A stretch of 64,000 nucleotides of DNA from the NCBI GenBank assembly GCA_965222225.1, contig CBDCTK010000002.1:928001-992000 (forward strand), written 5' to 3'. Each line of letters opens with the position of its first letter. The first letter of the stretch is position 1. Positions 42,939 through 53,076 of this stretch are shown in pieces. The notes beneath the pieces were generated by a model. That model saw only the letters and a list, made by a program, of their open reading frames with translations. It was not told where the DNA came from and did no database searches. Source of the stretch: Candidatus Poribacteria bacterium. GTDB lineage: Bacteria > Poribacteria > WGA-4E > JAJDTR01. The position numbers and the translations under genes are program-made.

Positions 42939-43966
42939 GACAGTAACAATGTCCCCTGAAACCTCCAAAACCTCAAGCAACTGCGGAATGGCTGGTATCT
43001 CATTCGACTTGTCGGCGACTTTAATTTGCCCTAGTGCCACGCCTTGATGGCACGCCCACGCACTAACCAGGTGAATTGCTGATTTGTTGTTATGGGTTGC
43101 ATGGGAACGACGCAGTTGTTTTCCATCAACCGCAATCACTTGGCCTTGCGTGACTTCAATGGCGCTACGAATCCAGTTGATGAAACACTCCTCGAATTTC
43201 GTGGCATCTATCGCACCAAACACACGCCTGAATGTACCATGCGATGGGATGCCTTTTGGTAATTCCAAGAACTCAGCTAGCCACTTATACTTGGCGCCTC
43301 CGTATGCTACAACTGCTACCCAACTATCGGCGCCGCAAATAACCGTGCAGACAGTAATGACAACACTATCACGCAATCTATGCGGCGTGCGACAATCAAC
43401 TCGACTGGGGTCTGGCGATGAGCCAAAATGGGATCGTTAATCTCTAATCAACGACTAGCTTTACTCTAATATTGAGGAAATCGGGGGATTAGACAGGGTT
43501 CTACTCCTTAGAAGATTTTGCACAAGCTTAGCGCAATTTCCTCTCATGTCATGTCCACAATTTAGATGCGTTTCCCCTGAACTGTCTTGCTGGCTGCAAT
43601 ACTGCTAGGACTATTTTTAGCGTCCACCTACCTTGTGGACAGTATGAAAGCCTTATTCCTGAGAATACTGATTCTTAATGCCGCAAACGGGTGGGGCCAA
43701 TCGCCAGAATGGGTTTGGTTGGAGTGGTCTCGCGCATTGCCGGTTGTACGTTTTTTGCTGTTGTGTTAAAATGAGGCATTCAAATATCGTATTCTTAAGA
43801 GCACACGCATTCATGATTTACCAATTTGCTTTCTAGCAGTAATGTTCATAATCTATCATTTCAAGAACGGGAAACGCAGGGATGAGTCTCGAAGCACATC
43901 AAAACGTCGAGTTGCATGAGTCCCCATCGGCAAATTGGATCAAAATAGCGCCTCGGAGGAAAATAA

Positions 43967-45058
43967 ATGAGAAAATTACGTGTAGGCTTCATCGGTTCCG
44001 GTGGCATTACGGAACTACACTATCCGGCCTACAAGGACAACCCCAAAGCAGAGTTATACGCGATTTGCGACGTTGACGAAGAGCAACTCAATGAACGTGC
44101 CGCCGAGTGGGGGATTGAGAGAACATATACCGACTACCGCGAACTCATAGACAACCCTGATATAGACGCCGTTGAAATCATCACTCCCCACCATTTGCAT
44201 TGTGAAATGGGTGTAGCTGCGCTGGAGGCGGGCAAGCACGTTTCCATGCAGAAGCCCCCGGCGATTAACGTTGCCGAGTGTGACAAACTGATTGAAGCCG
44301 CGAGTCGTTCGGACAAGGTGTTTCGGGTCTTCGAGAACTTTCAGTATTATCCCCCAATGGTGAAAGCCAAGGAACTTCTCGATTCGGGTGCCATTGGCGA
44401 GCCGTTGTCCATCCGAATAAAGTGCGTGCAAGGCAAAACCGGAAAAGGTGGAGAGATTCCGTATCGTCGTTGGGCATGGCGGTTCGATCCGGCGCAGAGT
44501 GGCGGTGGGCGGGTCATCTTTGACTACGGTTACCACCTCTTCTCCATCGCTAGGTGGTATCTCGGCGAGATCGAAAAGGTATTTTCGTGGATTACCTACC
44601 GTCCGATTCAGTACGACTGGATTCTCGATAGTCCGGCAGTGGCGATCTGGAAATACAAAAACGCCGAGAAATACGGTTCCTACGAGGTGATTTCCTCCGA
44701 CGACATGTTGGTGCAATCCAAGACGCTGGTGAAAGGCAGAAAAGGACGTGCAGAGGATGAGTGGGTAGAACTCAGCGGATCGCGTGGTTTCCTATGGATT
44801 ACGCGTTGTACCACTAACTTGCTGGATCGGCCTCCGTTAATTATGTATCGGGACGGGGTGACCACCGAGTTTTCAAATATGCCAACGGATTGGGGAGCTA
44901 GTTTCGTCGCCGGCATAAATGACTTCATTGATGGCATACTTGAAGGGCGGAAAGTGAGACAGTCAGGGGAGGAGGGGAAGTTGGTTCTGCAGATCTGCCG
45001 TGCGATTCAACTCTCCGCGAAGGAGGGACGTGAAGTCCGCCCTGAAGAGATAGTTTAG
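43967..45058 (+). CDS. Gfo/Idh/MocA oxidoreductase
   Basis: GFIGSGGI, HVSMQKP, FENFQYYP, GGGRVIFDYGYH. Confidence 0.92.
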   Translation: MRKLRVGFIGSGGITELHYPAYKDNPKAELYAICDVDEEQLNERAAEWGIERTYTDYRELIDNPDIDAVEIITPHHLHCEMGVAALEAGKHVSMQKPPAINVAECDKLIEAASRSDKVFRVFENFQYYPPMVKAKELLDSGAIGEPLSIRIKCVQGKTGKGGEIPYRRWAWRFDPAQSGGGRVIFDYGYHLFSIARWYLGEIEKVFSWITYRPIQYDWILDSPAVAIWKYKNAEKYGSYEVISSDDMLVQSKTLVKGRKGRAEDEWVELSGSRGFLWITRCTTNLLDRPPLIMYRDGVTTEFSNMPTDWGASFVAGINDFIDGILEGRKVRQSGEEGKLVLQICRAIQLSAKEGREVRPEEIV

Positions 45059-45093
45059 AATCGGGGCGGTAGTGAGATTCATGTAAAGAATTC

Positions 45094-45124
45094 CCAAGGC
45101 TGTCTCTGGTTTCAACAGCCTTGG
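45094..45124. terminator. Hairpin between convergent genes
   Basis: CCAAGGCTGT-N11-ACAGCCTTGG. Confidence 0.55.
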
Positions 45125-45157
45125 CGGAGGAATTCTAACCGTGAGAACTCCACGGGA

Positions 45158-45496
45158 TTACCATTTTACTAAATCCGGTTTCTGTGCTTCCCAACCGTTA
45201 TCAGATGGAAATACGGTTTTCATCGAAACCTTCCGGATTTCGCCATCGAACATCGGTTTAACAATTGAAATCCATTTCTTGAAGTGCGGAGTTTCCAAGT
45301 GAGCCTGAAAGGCTTCCTCATCGCGATACACCTCGTAAAGATAGAAGCGTGTGGGAACATCTGCGCCCTCGTTGATGTCAAACCGAAAGCAACCGGGCTC
45401 ATCGCGCACCGAGCCTTGCGCGTCGCCGAAGCTTGCTTGTGTAAACTCGTCCAGATGTTCTTCTTTGACGTTAATCGTTACGAAAATTGAAAACAT
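45158..45496 (-). CDS. Antibiotic biosynthesis monooxygenase (ABM) / LsrG-like protein
   Basis: SVRDEPGCFRFD, FYLYEVY, AHLETPHFKKW. Confidence 0.85.
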   Translation of the reverse strand: MFSIFVTINVKEEHLDEFTQASFGDAQGSVRDEPGCFRFDINEGADVPTRFYLYEVYRDEEAFQAHLETPHFKKWISIVKPMFDGEIRKVSMKTVFPSDNGWEAQKPDLVKW

Positions 45497-45791
45497 AATG
45501 TCTCCTTTAGTGGGTTTGCCGGTTGTGTACGGGTTCGTGATGTTGATCGATGAGGGTTTGAGGTTAGCGGGTCAACAACTCGCTCTCATGGCGTAGTCTA
45601 GCAGACTTTCAAGCCGGAGAAAACTCTTTCCGGTCGACGTTGTTTTCTCCGATTCTATGTAGATAGCTTGGAATCGAAAATCGTCGTCCCTTGAGGTGCT
45701 GAATTCTCTACCGGCTAGAGTTTGTACATCGGTTTCAGCATAAATTGAGCTACTTCAGAAAGATTGTCAAACACACTGTTGACCCGGCAGT

Positions 45792-46574
45792 TCATTGCCG
45801 CATTTTTATCGCTCCCCACACCGCAGCGAGTTTTCCCGAAGGCGCAATTGCCAACACGCTCTGCAGTCCGTTCGTCATGATTTCGTTGATGGTCTTTTCA
45901 CTCAATGCTTCATTGAAGATTCCAACTTCGTCGAGTATGCCGTTGAAGTATCGAGGGCCAAAAGCCCATCTTCCTATCGCAAGATCCGCTTTCACGGTGT
46001 CAATCCTGTATTTTTTCAAGCCGTCCAAGACTCGTTTGTGCACATTGACTCCGTCCTTATACAAGTTATATTCTCTCGTCACGGAATCGTACGTTCCCGC
46101 GACGTGATGCCAATCTGTGTCCCTCCAAGTTTCTCGATCAAAGAAATGCCAGCGTCCATCGACGTGAACACCGAAATGAAATCTCGCAAATCTAATTGAA
46201 AGCGCATACGCTCCCGGTTCTGCGGTACTACCCTTTATTACGGCTCTCTCATGGTCGTCGTTGCTTGTGGTATGTCTTTTCGCCCACATCACAATTGTAA
46301 TTGCTTCGGTGATATTGAGGCTTGGACTGTCGGGCACATCGACATAATCTTCTTCCCCATCAAACTCCAGCGCCGTACCAAACTTTCCACCCACCCATGC
46401 CGCTTCGCTTTTCAATTTGCCATGGTTCTCGTGCGGCGCGCCATCTCTCACGATTTGCCCTTCGCCTTCGTCGAAAAGCCAGATTGCCACTGCTTTATTT
46501 ATTATGGGCTTGCTCAAGGCATCCCACGATGAACCGAGTACAATGAGACTGATCAGGATGAATACTCTTTTCAT
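45792..46574 (-). CDS. Secreted LamG domain protein
   Basis: WLFDEGEG, GKFGTALEFDG, WHHVAGTYD; ends AIAPSGKLAAVWGAIKMRQ. Confidence 0.92.
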   Translation of the reverse strand: MKRVFILISLIVLGSSWDALSKPIINKAVAIWLFDEGEGQIVRDGAPHENHGKLKSEAAWVGGKFGTALEFDGEEDYVDVPDSPSLNITEAITIVMWAKRHTTSNDDHERAVIKGSTAEPGAYALSIRFARFHFGVHVDGRWHFFDRETWRDTDWHHVAGTYDSVTREYNLYKDGVNVHKRVLDGLKKYRIDTVKADLAIGRWAFGPRYFNGILDEVGIFNEALSEKTINEIMTNGLQSVLAIAPSGKLAAVWGAIKMRQ

Positions 46575-48554
46575 CTATACCTCAATCTTCTCGTAGGTGA
46601 GTAATGCGGCACCCGGCTGCTCCGAAATGGTTACGGTAAGCCCATCGCTCATGAGTTCTCTTCCGGTCATCTGCCTCGTTTTACCCGTGTCTTGGTTGGA
46701 CACAATGTATACCGCATCTGATTCCAGCGCTTGCAGCTTGTATTGTGCCGAGACGTAAGGACAAGCGGGACGTCGAAACGCTTGGATTAAGCCCGCTGAA
46801 CCGTCGGGACGATTGAACTGCCAAGCCATCCAGACATCTTTGGTAATACTGTAGGCGCTTAACGGCCAGAAATCACCGAAGAAGAATTCGGCGGCATTTC
46901 GCCATAGACTGAGGCATTTTGTGGCACTGTCGATATCGAAGTCATCTTTCCGGACATCCCAGTTGCACTGCAAAAATGGCGCGATGCTGCTGCGGAAGTA
47001 GTAGTCGTCGAACCGTTCATAGTTCGTGTGATCGAAGAACGGGAGCCAAAGCCCGAATCCGTAGGTGCAACACTGATATGCCTCCGCGTCGTTTTCTACG
47101 TCCGTGGGCAGGATGGGTACGGCACGTCTCATTGTCTCCAAGTCATCCCGTCGGCCTCCGCTCGCGCAAGAATCAATCAACATCCCGGGGTAGCGGCGGC
47201 GCAGTTCGTCCCAATAAGCAAGATATCCTTCGATGTAGCGAATCTCGGTAATGCCTTGACGATCCTCGGCATCGTTTGCCCTCCAAAAGGGCAGCGGGTC
47301 TATGTTGAAGTCCGATCGATACAAATCGATGCCAGATTCAGAGATTATGTTATCCACACGGTCAATGACCCATTCTACCACCTCAGGTTCATCAAGTTTA
47401 AGCAGTCCGCCCTCCACTCCTCCGTGAATCCATTCAGGATGGTTTTGAGTCAACCATGTGTCCGCGGAGACTCGCTCCATCTCGAACCAGACCATGAGTT
47501 CAATCTGATCTGAATGACAGCGATCGCCAATTGGCGCCAGCCCGTTTGGAAAACGTCCGCGGTCAGCTTCCCAGGTACCCACTTTACCCCAACCGGCGCC
47601 TCCGTTATCGTACCAGCCGGCATCCATCCACCAATAGCTGAGTTGTATCCCGGCGTCACGAAAACGGTCAAGGATCTCAATATCGCCGTCTTGAGTACAA
47701 TTGAACGCGTAAATCTGGACACTTCCGGCTCCTAATTTTGGCGACAACGGCTTGCCGTGGTCTTTGGGGAAATTATGGTCTAGCATCCAACGTCGCCAAA
47801 AATTCTGGGCGCGAAGCCAGTCGCCTCGGTAGAATTGGAGCGCGATTAACGGGGTGCGTATCTCTTCTCCGGGATGAAGTGTCAAGTGAGTTAATTCTTG
47901 GCCGGCGATGACACGCAATTCTGTTCCTTCGTCACGAATAAATTGAGACTTCCATTGGCCCGGCCATCCTATCGCTACTATTATGCCTCGGCCTTCATCA
48001 GGACACTCCAAGTTGTAATATGGCCATTCTCCGTTGCTGGGACGACCACCATCGGGGACGAAGGTCTTCGACACCTCACGGCCAAGCCTTGTTTCAATGG
48101 GGGCAAAGCTATCGATTGTACATTTGTCGCCGATGTGATGGTGCAGTACAAACTCGCCATCGGCACTACGTTCGAATACGGCGTCTATTGCCTGAATCGA
48201 AGAAAGAATGGGGGTATTCGTGTTACCGTTGTTTTTGAAATACACGGTCCATTCAACGGTTGGATAGTTCTTCCATATCACCATCACACACCGCACTTGG
48301 AGCCCTGTTTTCGTATCGGTATGGGTTATTGTTCGCTCTGTACGATGTTCGTCAAGTTCATTTTCGGTGCGTTCCACGTCCCATGTTTTGAGGAACTCAC
48401 TGGAAGGCTGACCACCGTAAAGGAACGAGAAGAGCCGTTCCGGGCTCTCTGCATTAGACTTCTCCGACGCCCATTGGTGGGCGTCGGCCATCTCCTCGGA
48501 AGTCGGAGAACTCGCGTATACGTGCGGCAACAACGTGGTCAAAATATCTATCAT
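46575..48554 (-). CDS. Alpha-galactosidase-like glycoside hydrolase (GH36)
   Basis: GWPGQW, WWMDAGWY, RFPNGL, WFEMERV, YRSDFN, IDSCASGGRR. Confidence 0.88.
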   Translation of the reverse strand: MIDILTTLLPHVYASSPTSEEMADAHQWASEKSNAESPERLFSFLYGGQPSSEFLKTWDVERTENELDEHRTERTITHTDTKTGLQVRCVMVIWKNYPTVEWTVYFKNNGNTNTPILSSIQAIDAVFERSADGEFVLHHHIGDKCTIDSFAPIETRLGREVSKTFVPDGGRPSNGEWPYYNLECPDEGRGIIVAIGWPGQWKSQFIRDEGTELRVIAGQELTHLTLHPGEEIRTPLIALQFYRGDWLRAQNFWRRWMLDHNFPKDHGKPLSPKLGAGSVQIYAFNCTQDGDIEILDRFRDAGIQLSYWWMDAGWYDNGGAGWGKVGTWEADRGRFPNGLAPIGDRCHSDQIELMVWFEMERVSADTWLTQNHPEWIHGGVEGGLLKLDEPEVVEWVIDRVDNIISESGIDLYRSDFNIDPLPFWRANDAEDRQGITEIRYIEGYLAYWDELRRRYPGMLIDSCASGGRRDDLETMRRAVPILPTDVENDAEAYQCCTYGFGLWLPFFDHTNYERFDDYYFRSSIAPFLQCNWDVRKDDFDIDSATKCLSLWRNAAEFFFGDFWPLSAYSITKDVWMAWQFNRPDGSAGLIQAFRRPACPYVSAQYKLQALESDAVYIVSNQDTGKTRQMTGRELMSDGLTVTISEQPGAALLTYEKIEV

Positions 48555-48599
48555 GCCTCATAACCTCCCGATTTTTACGGTAGATTTGCAATTTTACAA

Positions 48600-49607
48600 C
48601 TAAGCAATGCACTTACCCAAATTGGTCAACGGCGTTCGGACGATAAACACTCCTGGTCCGCCGTGTTGTTCTACATCTAAGTCGTAAAAGATAGTCCCAA
48701 GCGTTTCGTTGTCAATCTGCACGGTACGCGGCCAGCCCCGTCCCATGATTCGCCGACCGGGATTGTGGACTTCATAAGCGGCATCAAACTCCCACGTCTT
48801 GCCATCATCTTGAGACTGGGCTAACTCGTAACTAAATTCTCCGTCAACGCCAACCCCGTATACGATGTAGGTCAAAACAATCCAACCGTTGTTCAACACG
48901 GTCAGATCGTACCCCGCGACGCCAAAATGTGGGAAGCAGTTCAACGCATCCCACGTCAGGCCGTTGTCGGTGGAGCGAAGTCCTCTCACCATATTCCCCG
49001 GCACTCCGACAGGTACGGGAGCAACCGTCTGCGGCGCGCCGCTAATGAGTGTTCCTTGGGAGGTTCTTACAATTGGCACCATTCCGTGATTTCGTCCATC
49101 GCCGAAAGGGATAATTTTTTCCGTGCGTGCGTTGTAAAGGACGGTACGATCGTAGAAGGGACATAGCCACTCATCCGTCCCCCATTCGAGCACCGCATGG
49201 CGCAGACAGGTATAGTTGCTGCAATCAGGAATCGGATAGTTGCGTGGTTCGGACCATGTTTCGCCATCATCGCTGCTGATCGAAAACTGCGGCTGCCGCC
49301 AAAGGTCGTCTCCCGATTCACGATAGCACGACCAATTGAGCAGGATTCGTCCATCGCTGAATGCGGTTAGCGATCCGGGGTAGATTGAGCAATTTCGGAT
49401 GACAGGGATAGGTATTGAATTGGACCACGTCCTTCCGCCATCGCTAGAACGACTCAAGAGGAGCTCTTTCCCGCCGCCCCCTTCTTTGTTGTACACGACT
49501 AGGAGGTCGCCGCGTCCGGTAGTGCAGACCGCCGGATGGACGTGTCCGCCGATGACATCGGCAATGCGTATCGGTTGGCTGGGGTTACTTTGAGTGACAG
49601 TCGACAT
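48600..49607 (-). CDS. BNR/Asp-box repeat sialidase-like protein
   Basis: Asp boxes SSDGGRTW, SSDDGETW, STDNGLTW, SQDDGKTW. Confidence 0.85.
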   Translation of the reverse strand: MSTVTQSNPSQPIRIADVIGGHVHPAVCTTGRGDLLVVYNKEGGGGKELLLSRSSDGGRTWSNSIPIPVIRNCSIYPGSLTAFSDGRILLNWSCYRESGDDLWRQPQFSISSDDGETWSEPRNYPIPDCSNYTCLRHAVLEWGTDEWLCPFYDRTVLYNARTEKIIPFGDGRNHGMVPIVRTSQGTLISGAPQTVAPVPVGVPGNMVRGLRSTDNGLTWDALNCFPHFGVAGYDLTVLNNGWIVLTYIVYGVGVDGEFSYELAQSQDDGKTWEFDAAYEVHNPGRRIMGRGWPRTVQIDNETLGTIFYDLDVEQHGGPGVFIVRTPLTNLGKCIA

Positions 49608-49920
49608 TTCCTTCTATCCTCGTTCGTAATTGTACAATCGCTATTTTAGCATGTTTTCATTTTAAGGCAAAGAGGATATTCATTCGTGGGTCGCGTTAGT
49701 CAGTTGTTTTATACTTGAGATACAGTTTTGTCAAAGAATAGCATGCAAGGATCGTCGCGAAAGGGTTTTACTTCGGGCGGATGGTATACACGGGATAACA
49801 TCCGTATCTATTAGCATTGCGCCGAGCACTGCGCGCTCGGCTTCCCTGTCGTGGAGTGGTTCATGGTTATTATCGTTTGTCATTCATGCTCGCCTTGTGG
49901 GTAGTCTGAGTCAGGCACAT

Positions 49921-50190
49921 CTAGCAGAGAGCAAAAATCAGCAATATCGATGTTATCACCAAGATGTTCGAACACGGATGTTCGAACACGGATTTTGCCT
50001 TTTCGATAGTGCCGTAGTAGATTTCTAATTCAGCGCCAAGCCCGAGAATGTTGGATATTGTATTGGGAGGACCGCCATCGTGGGAAGTTCGGCGGGCGTA
50101 AATGACGGCGTAATCATCGCCTTCGTCGTCAATGCTCAGTTCGAATTCGAAGTTAATACGCTTGGTTAATTGGCGTTCTGCATCGCTCAT
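49921..50190 (-). CDS. Small hypothetical protein (mobile-element-like), 14-nt tandem duplication near the 3' end
   Basis: RBS GGAGG before ATG; GATGTTCGAACACG repeated at 49963-49990. Confidence 0.4.
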   Translation of the reverse strand: MSDAERQLTKRINFEFELSIDDEGDDYAVIYARRTSHDGGPPNTISNILGLGAELEIYYGTIEKAKSVFEHPCSNILVITSILLIFALC

Positions 50191-50304
50191 TTTCGGTTAA
50201 TCCTCCAAAAATCGGCGTCATAGTTGCGTTGTGCGGGGTTTTTCCGCAGGCAAAGGTATTGGGATACCCCGCGACACGGCGTGCGGATACATCGCCAGAA
50301 TGGG

Positions 50305-50514
50305 CTAGGCAATCTCATTATTGGTTTCCACATGTCCTGTTCCGTCGTTATCAAGCGAAAGTGCTATCGCGAGATGTCCACTATGGTTGTAGACTTGAAT
50401 ATATGCGCCAATATGGTCCACAGATAACTCGATTTTAGATAATCCACTGGGGCGTTTAATTGTTAACTTTTCACATGTGATATGTGTGAAGTGTGCATTT
50501 TGGGGTTGTTGCAT
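50305..50514 (-). CDS. Small hypothetical protein
   Basis: RBS AAGGAG before ATG; 69 aa. Confidence 0.4.
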   Translation of the reverse strand: MQQPQNAHFTHITCEKLTIKRPSGLSKIELSVDHIGAYIQVYNHSGHLAIALSLDNDGTGHVETNNEIA

Positions 50515-50598
50515 TTGAATTCTCCTTATTTTGGCATTTCGTCGAATAGTTGCACCATGGCGGAAAAATGTTCGAGAGAAACCGGGGAAACGGAGGTG

Positions 50599-50827
50599 CT
50601 ATAAATCGGTGCTATCACGGGCTTCGTGGGAATCGAGCGAATTTTTTCCGTCTCGAATTGCTTTTCTATGTCGATCTTTGAATCGTGGAAAGTCAGAGAT
50701 AATCATTTCTGCCGCGACATTGGACGTGGCACGGTCGAGTGCCTCACCGACTTCGGACAATTCGCGGATAAGAGGTTCGGGAAGGTAGACGCTGATAAGT
50801 TTTCGTCTGACTCGTTTTTTTTGGCAT
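50599..50827 (-). pseudogene. Ribbon-helix-helix-like small regulator, frameshifted in an A8 tract
   Basis: AGGAGG RBS, ATG CC A8; with A7 it reads MPKKRVRRKLISVYLPEPLIRELSEVGEALDRATSNVAAEMI. Confidence 0.5.
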
Positions 50828-51151
50828 GGTTTATGACCTCCTGATAAAATCAAGTATGATATATTATAATGGGATAATGCTGATTTATGAATGAAAAATA
50901 GCATCGGGACAAAGGCTTGAATCTACGCCATGTAATTGAGTATAATAACCCCTATTCATACGATTTACTCAGTGAATAAAGAGTAATCATAGGCCAACCC
51001 TTCGAACCGCTCCCGTCGGATAGTTTTTCTCTTTTTGAAAACCATTCCCTTTATTTCCGTCAGCGGTCAAGCCGCGCCGTCAAATGGTAATCCAGACAGA
51101 CCAAAGTGAAAAAACTCGTATATTCAGTTGTGTTGAAGCAATATAGGAGAA

Positions 51152-52111
51152 ATGACGTTGCAGCAACTACCAGAGCATGACGAGAAGTACCAGATAATCC
51201 TCAAGAACAACACGTACTATTTCTCTAATCCTGATTATGAGGAACAGTATGAAGGGAATATCGTACAGTTATCTGAGCTGCTAGCTTCATTAAAACGGCT
51301 GGTTGATACGCAAGGATTGAAGAAGGAGTTAGTCGTCGATTTTATCCAACAACGTAATCAAGGACTGAAGGCCCTCTTAATACCCACAGGAATCTCTAAG
51401 GAAAGCTTGCTAAGGCTTATTACGTTTGTACGACTTGTTTACGACGCGACGTTGAGTCGCGCACTTAAACGAGAAGACTGGGCAGGAGAAACATTCGACA
51501 AAGAATGGACAGAAAATCAAATAATAAAACTTAGTCAAACCAATAGAGCTTTTGCTGAATGCCTTGTTACTTTATTCTTTGAAGGCGCAACGTATGATGT
51601 GTTGACAAAGGTACTACCGCTTTTTGAATTGAAGAAACTGAAAGCTTCCAAGCTCAACTTGAACACTAACGATCTCATTGACACAATTGTCAGATACAAC
51701 GTGCGAGGTGCTTACAAAGCAAGTAAATCAAACAATGCAGAGATTTTGCTGGAAGCAATTCTGGAAGAGCATGGGTATGAATTTGAAAGGGGACAATTGC
51801 CTAATATTAGCCGCGCAATGGACTTTATTATACCAAACAAAATTCGTCCCAGGGTCATCGTCGAATCCTCATACGTTGTGACCACGTCCAGCGGAATGGG
51901 AGATAAAGCAAAAACAGAAATTGCTGTTTCTGACCAAATTCGGCGTTACTATGAATACGCTATTTTTGTTGGATTTGTTGATGGAATCGGCTGGCTTGCC
52001 AGACAAAATGATTTGAAACGCTTACTCTCCGCTTTTGATAATGTCTTTACATATGCTCCAGAAGAACAGCAGCGATTTATTGAATTTTTGAACGATGTTT
52101 TTGGAAGGTGA
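51152..52111 (+). CDS. Type II restriction endonuclease (DpnII-family-like, PD-(D/E)xK)
   Basis: MDFIIP...IVESSY...SSGMGDKAK...FVGFVDGIGW; GTGA overlap with the methyltransferase; AT-rich. Confidence 0.72.
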   Translation: MTLQQLPEHDEKYQIILKNNTYYFSNPDYEEQYEGNIVQLSELLASLKRLVDTQGLKKELVVDFIQQRNQGLKALLIPTGISKESLLRLITFVRLVYDATLSRALKREDWAGETFDKEWTENQIIKLSQTNRAFAECLVTLFFEGATYDVLTKVLPLFELKKLKASKLNLNTNDLIDTIVRYNVRGAYKASKSNNAEILLEAILEEHGYEFERGQLPNISRAMDFIIPNKIRPRVIVESSYVVTTSSGMGDKAKTEIAVSDQIRRYYEYAIFVGFVDGIGWLARQNDLKRLLSAFDNVFTYAPEEQQRFIEFLNDVFGR

Positions 52112-53076
52112 ACATGTCAAACCAATCCTTAGATCAGATTATTGTAGATGATTGCCTTGAAGTGCTTCCTCAGATTCCGGATGACAGTGTTGATGTCTGC
52201 TTTGCAGACCCACCATTCAACCTCAAGAAAAAGTATACCTCCTACGATGATAGAAAGGCGCTCAAAGACTATATCTCGTGGTGCGAAAAATGGTTGTCGG
52301 AATTAGTGCGAGTAACGAAACCGGAAGGCTCAATCTTTGTACACAACATTCCGAAATGGCTGACCTATTTTGCCGACCATTTGAATCAGATTGCCGTTTT
52401 CCGCCACTGGATTAGTTGGGATTCAATGAGCGTCCCACTTGGCAAAACGTTACTTCCTGCTCATTACGGCATCCTCTACTACACAAAACGGGGAAAAGGG
52501 TTTAAGTTCTACGACGTGCGTATTCCCCATAAAAAATGTCGGCTTTGTGACGGGTATCTCAAAGATTACGGAGGTAAGAAGGCACAAATGCATCCCTTCG
52601 GCACGCTGGCAAGCGATGTCTGGACTGACATCCATCGCATTCGTCACAACAAACGCAGAGATGAACACCCCTGTCAACTGCCGCTTCACCTTCTTGAGCG
52701 AATCGTCCTGATGAGTAGCGATCCCGGAGATGTTATCCTGGATCCCTTTATTGGCACTGGAACGACGGCAGTTGCAGCAAAACGCTTGGGACGGCATTAC
52801 ATCGGAATTGACATTGATGAGGATTATGCACAGATTGCTAGAGAGAATGTTACAAAAGAAGAACCTTCGGTCTGTGGAGGCAAATACGCTTCAATCTTCC
52901 TGGGTCGAATCATGTCGATTCGTGATATTGACTGTGTGGAGTTATTCGCGGAACATCAAGAGAATGCGCCCATAACTCAACCATTGTCGAACGCCGCCCA
53001 ATTGAGATTTTATGAGACAGCCACGCAGTATGATGAATCCGGAGACAAGGAGGACGAGGTTGCGGTCAATCCATAG
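52108..53076 (+). CDS. Site-specific amino (N6A/N4C) DNA methyltransferase, beta class
   Basis: DPPF motif IV precedes HPCQLP and motif I DPFIGTGTT. Confidence 0.93.
   Translation: MNMSNQSLDQIIVDDCLEVLPQIPDDSVDVCFADPPFNLKKKYTSYDDRKALKDYISWCEKWLSELVRVTKPEGSIFVHNIPKWLTYFADHLNQIAVFRHWISWDSMSVPLGKTLLPAHYGILYYTKRGKGFKFYDVRIPHKKCRLCDGYLKDYGGKKAQMHPFGTLASDVWTDIHRIRHNKRRDEHPCQLPLHLLERIVLMSSDPGDVILDPFIGTGTTAVAAKRLGRHYIGIDIDEDYAQIARENVTKEEPSVCGGKYASIFLGRIMSIRDIDCVELFAEHQENAPITQPLSNAAQLRFYETATQYDESGDKEDEVAVNP

Larger units (their letters stand above)
42193..43579 (-). mobile_element. ISAs1-family element, transposase pseudogenised by insertions
   Basis: TIRs CAGGGGAAACGAATCT / CAGGGGAAACGCATCT; IPSHGTF, AVDGKQLR, KSNEI, DAMGCQ, HGRIETR, HWRIENSCHWVLDV. 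Confidence 0.92.
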
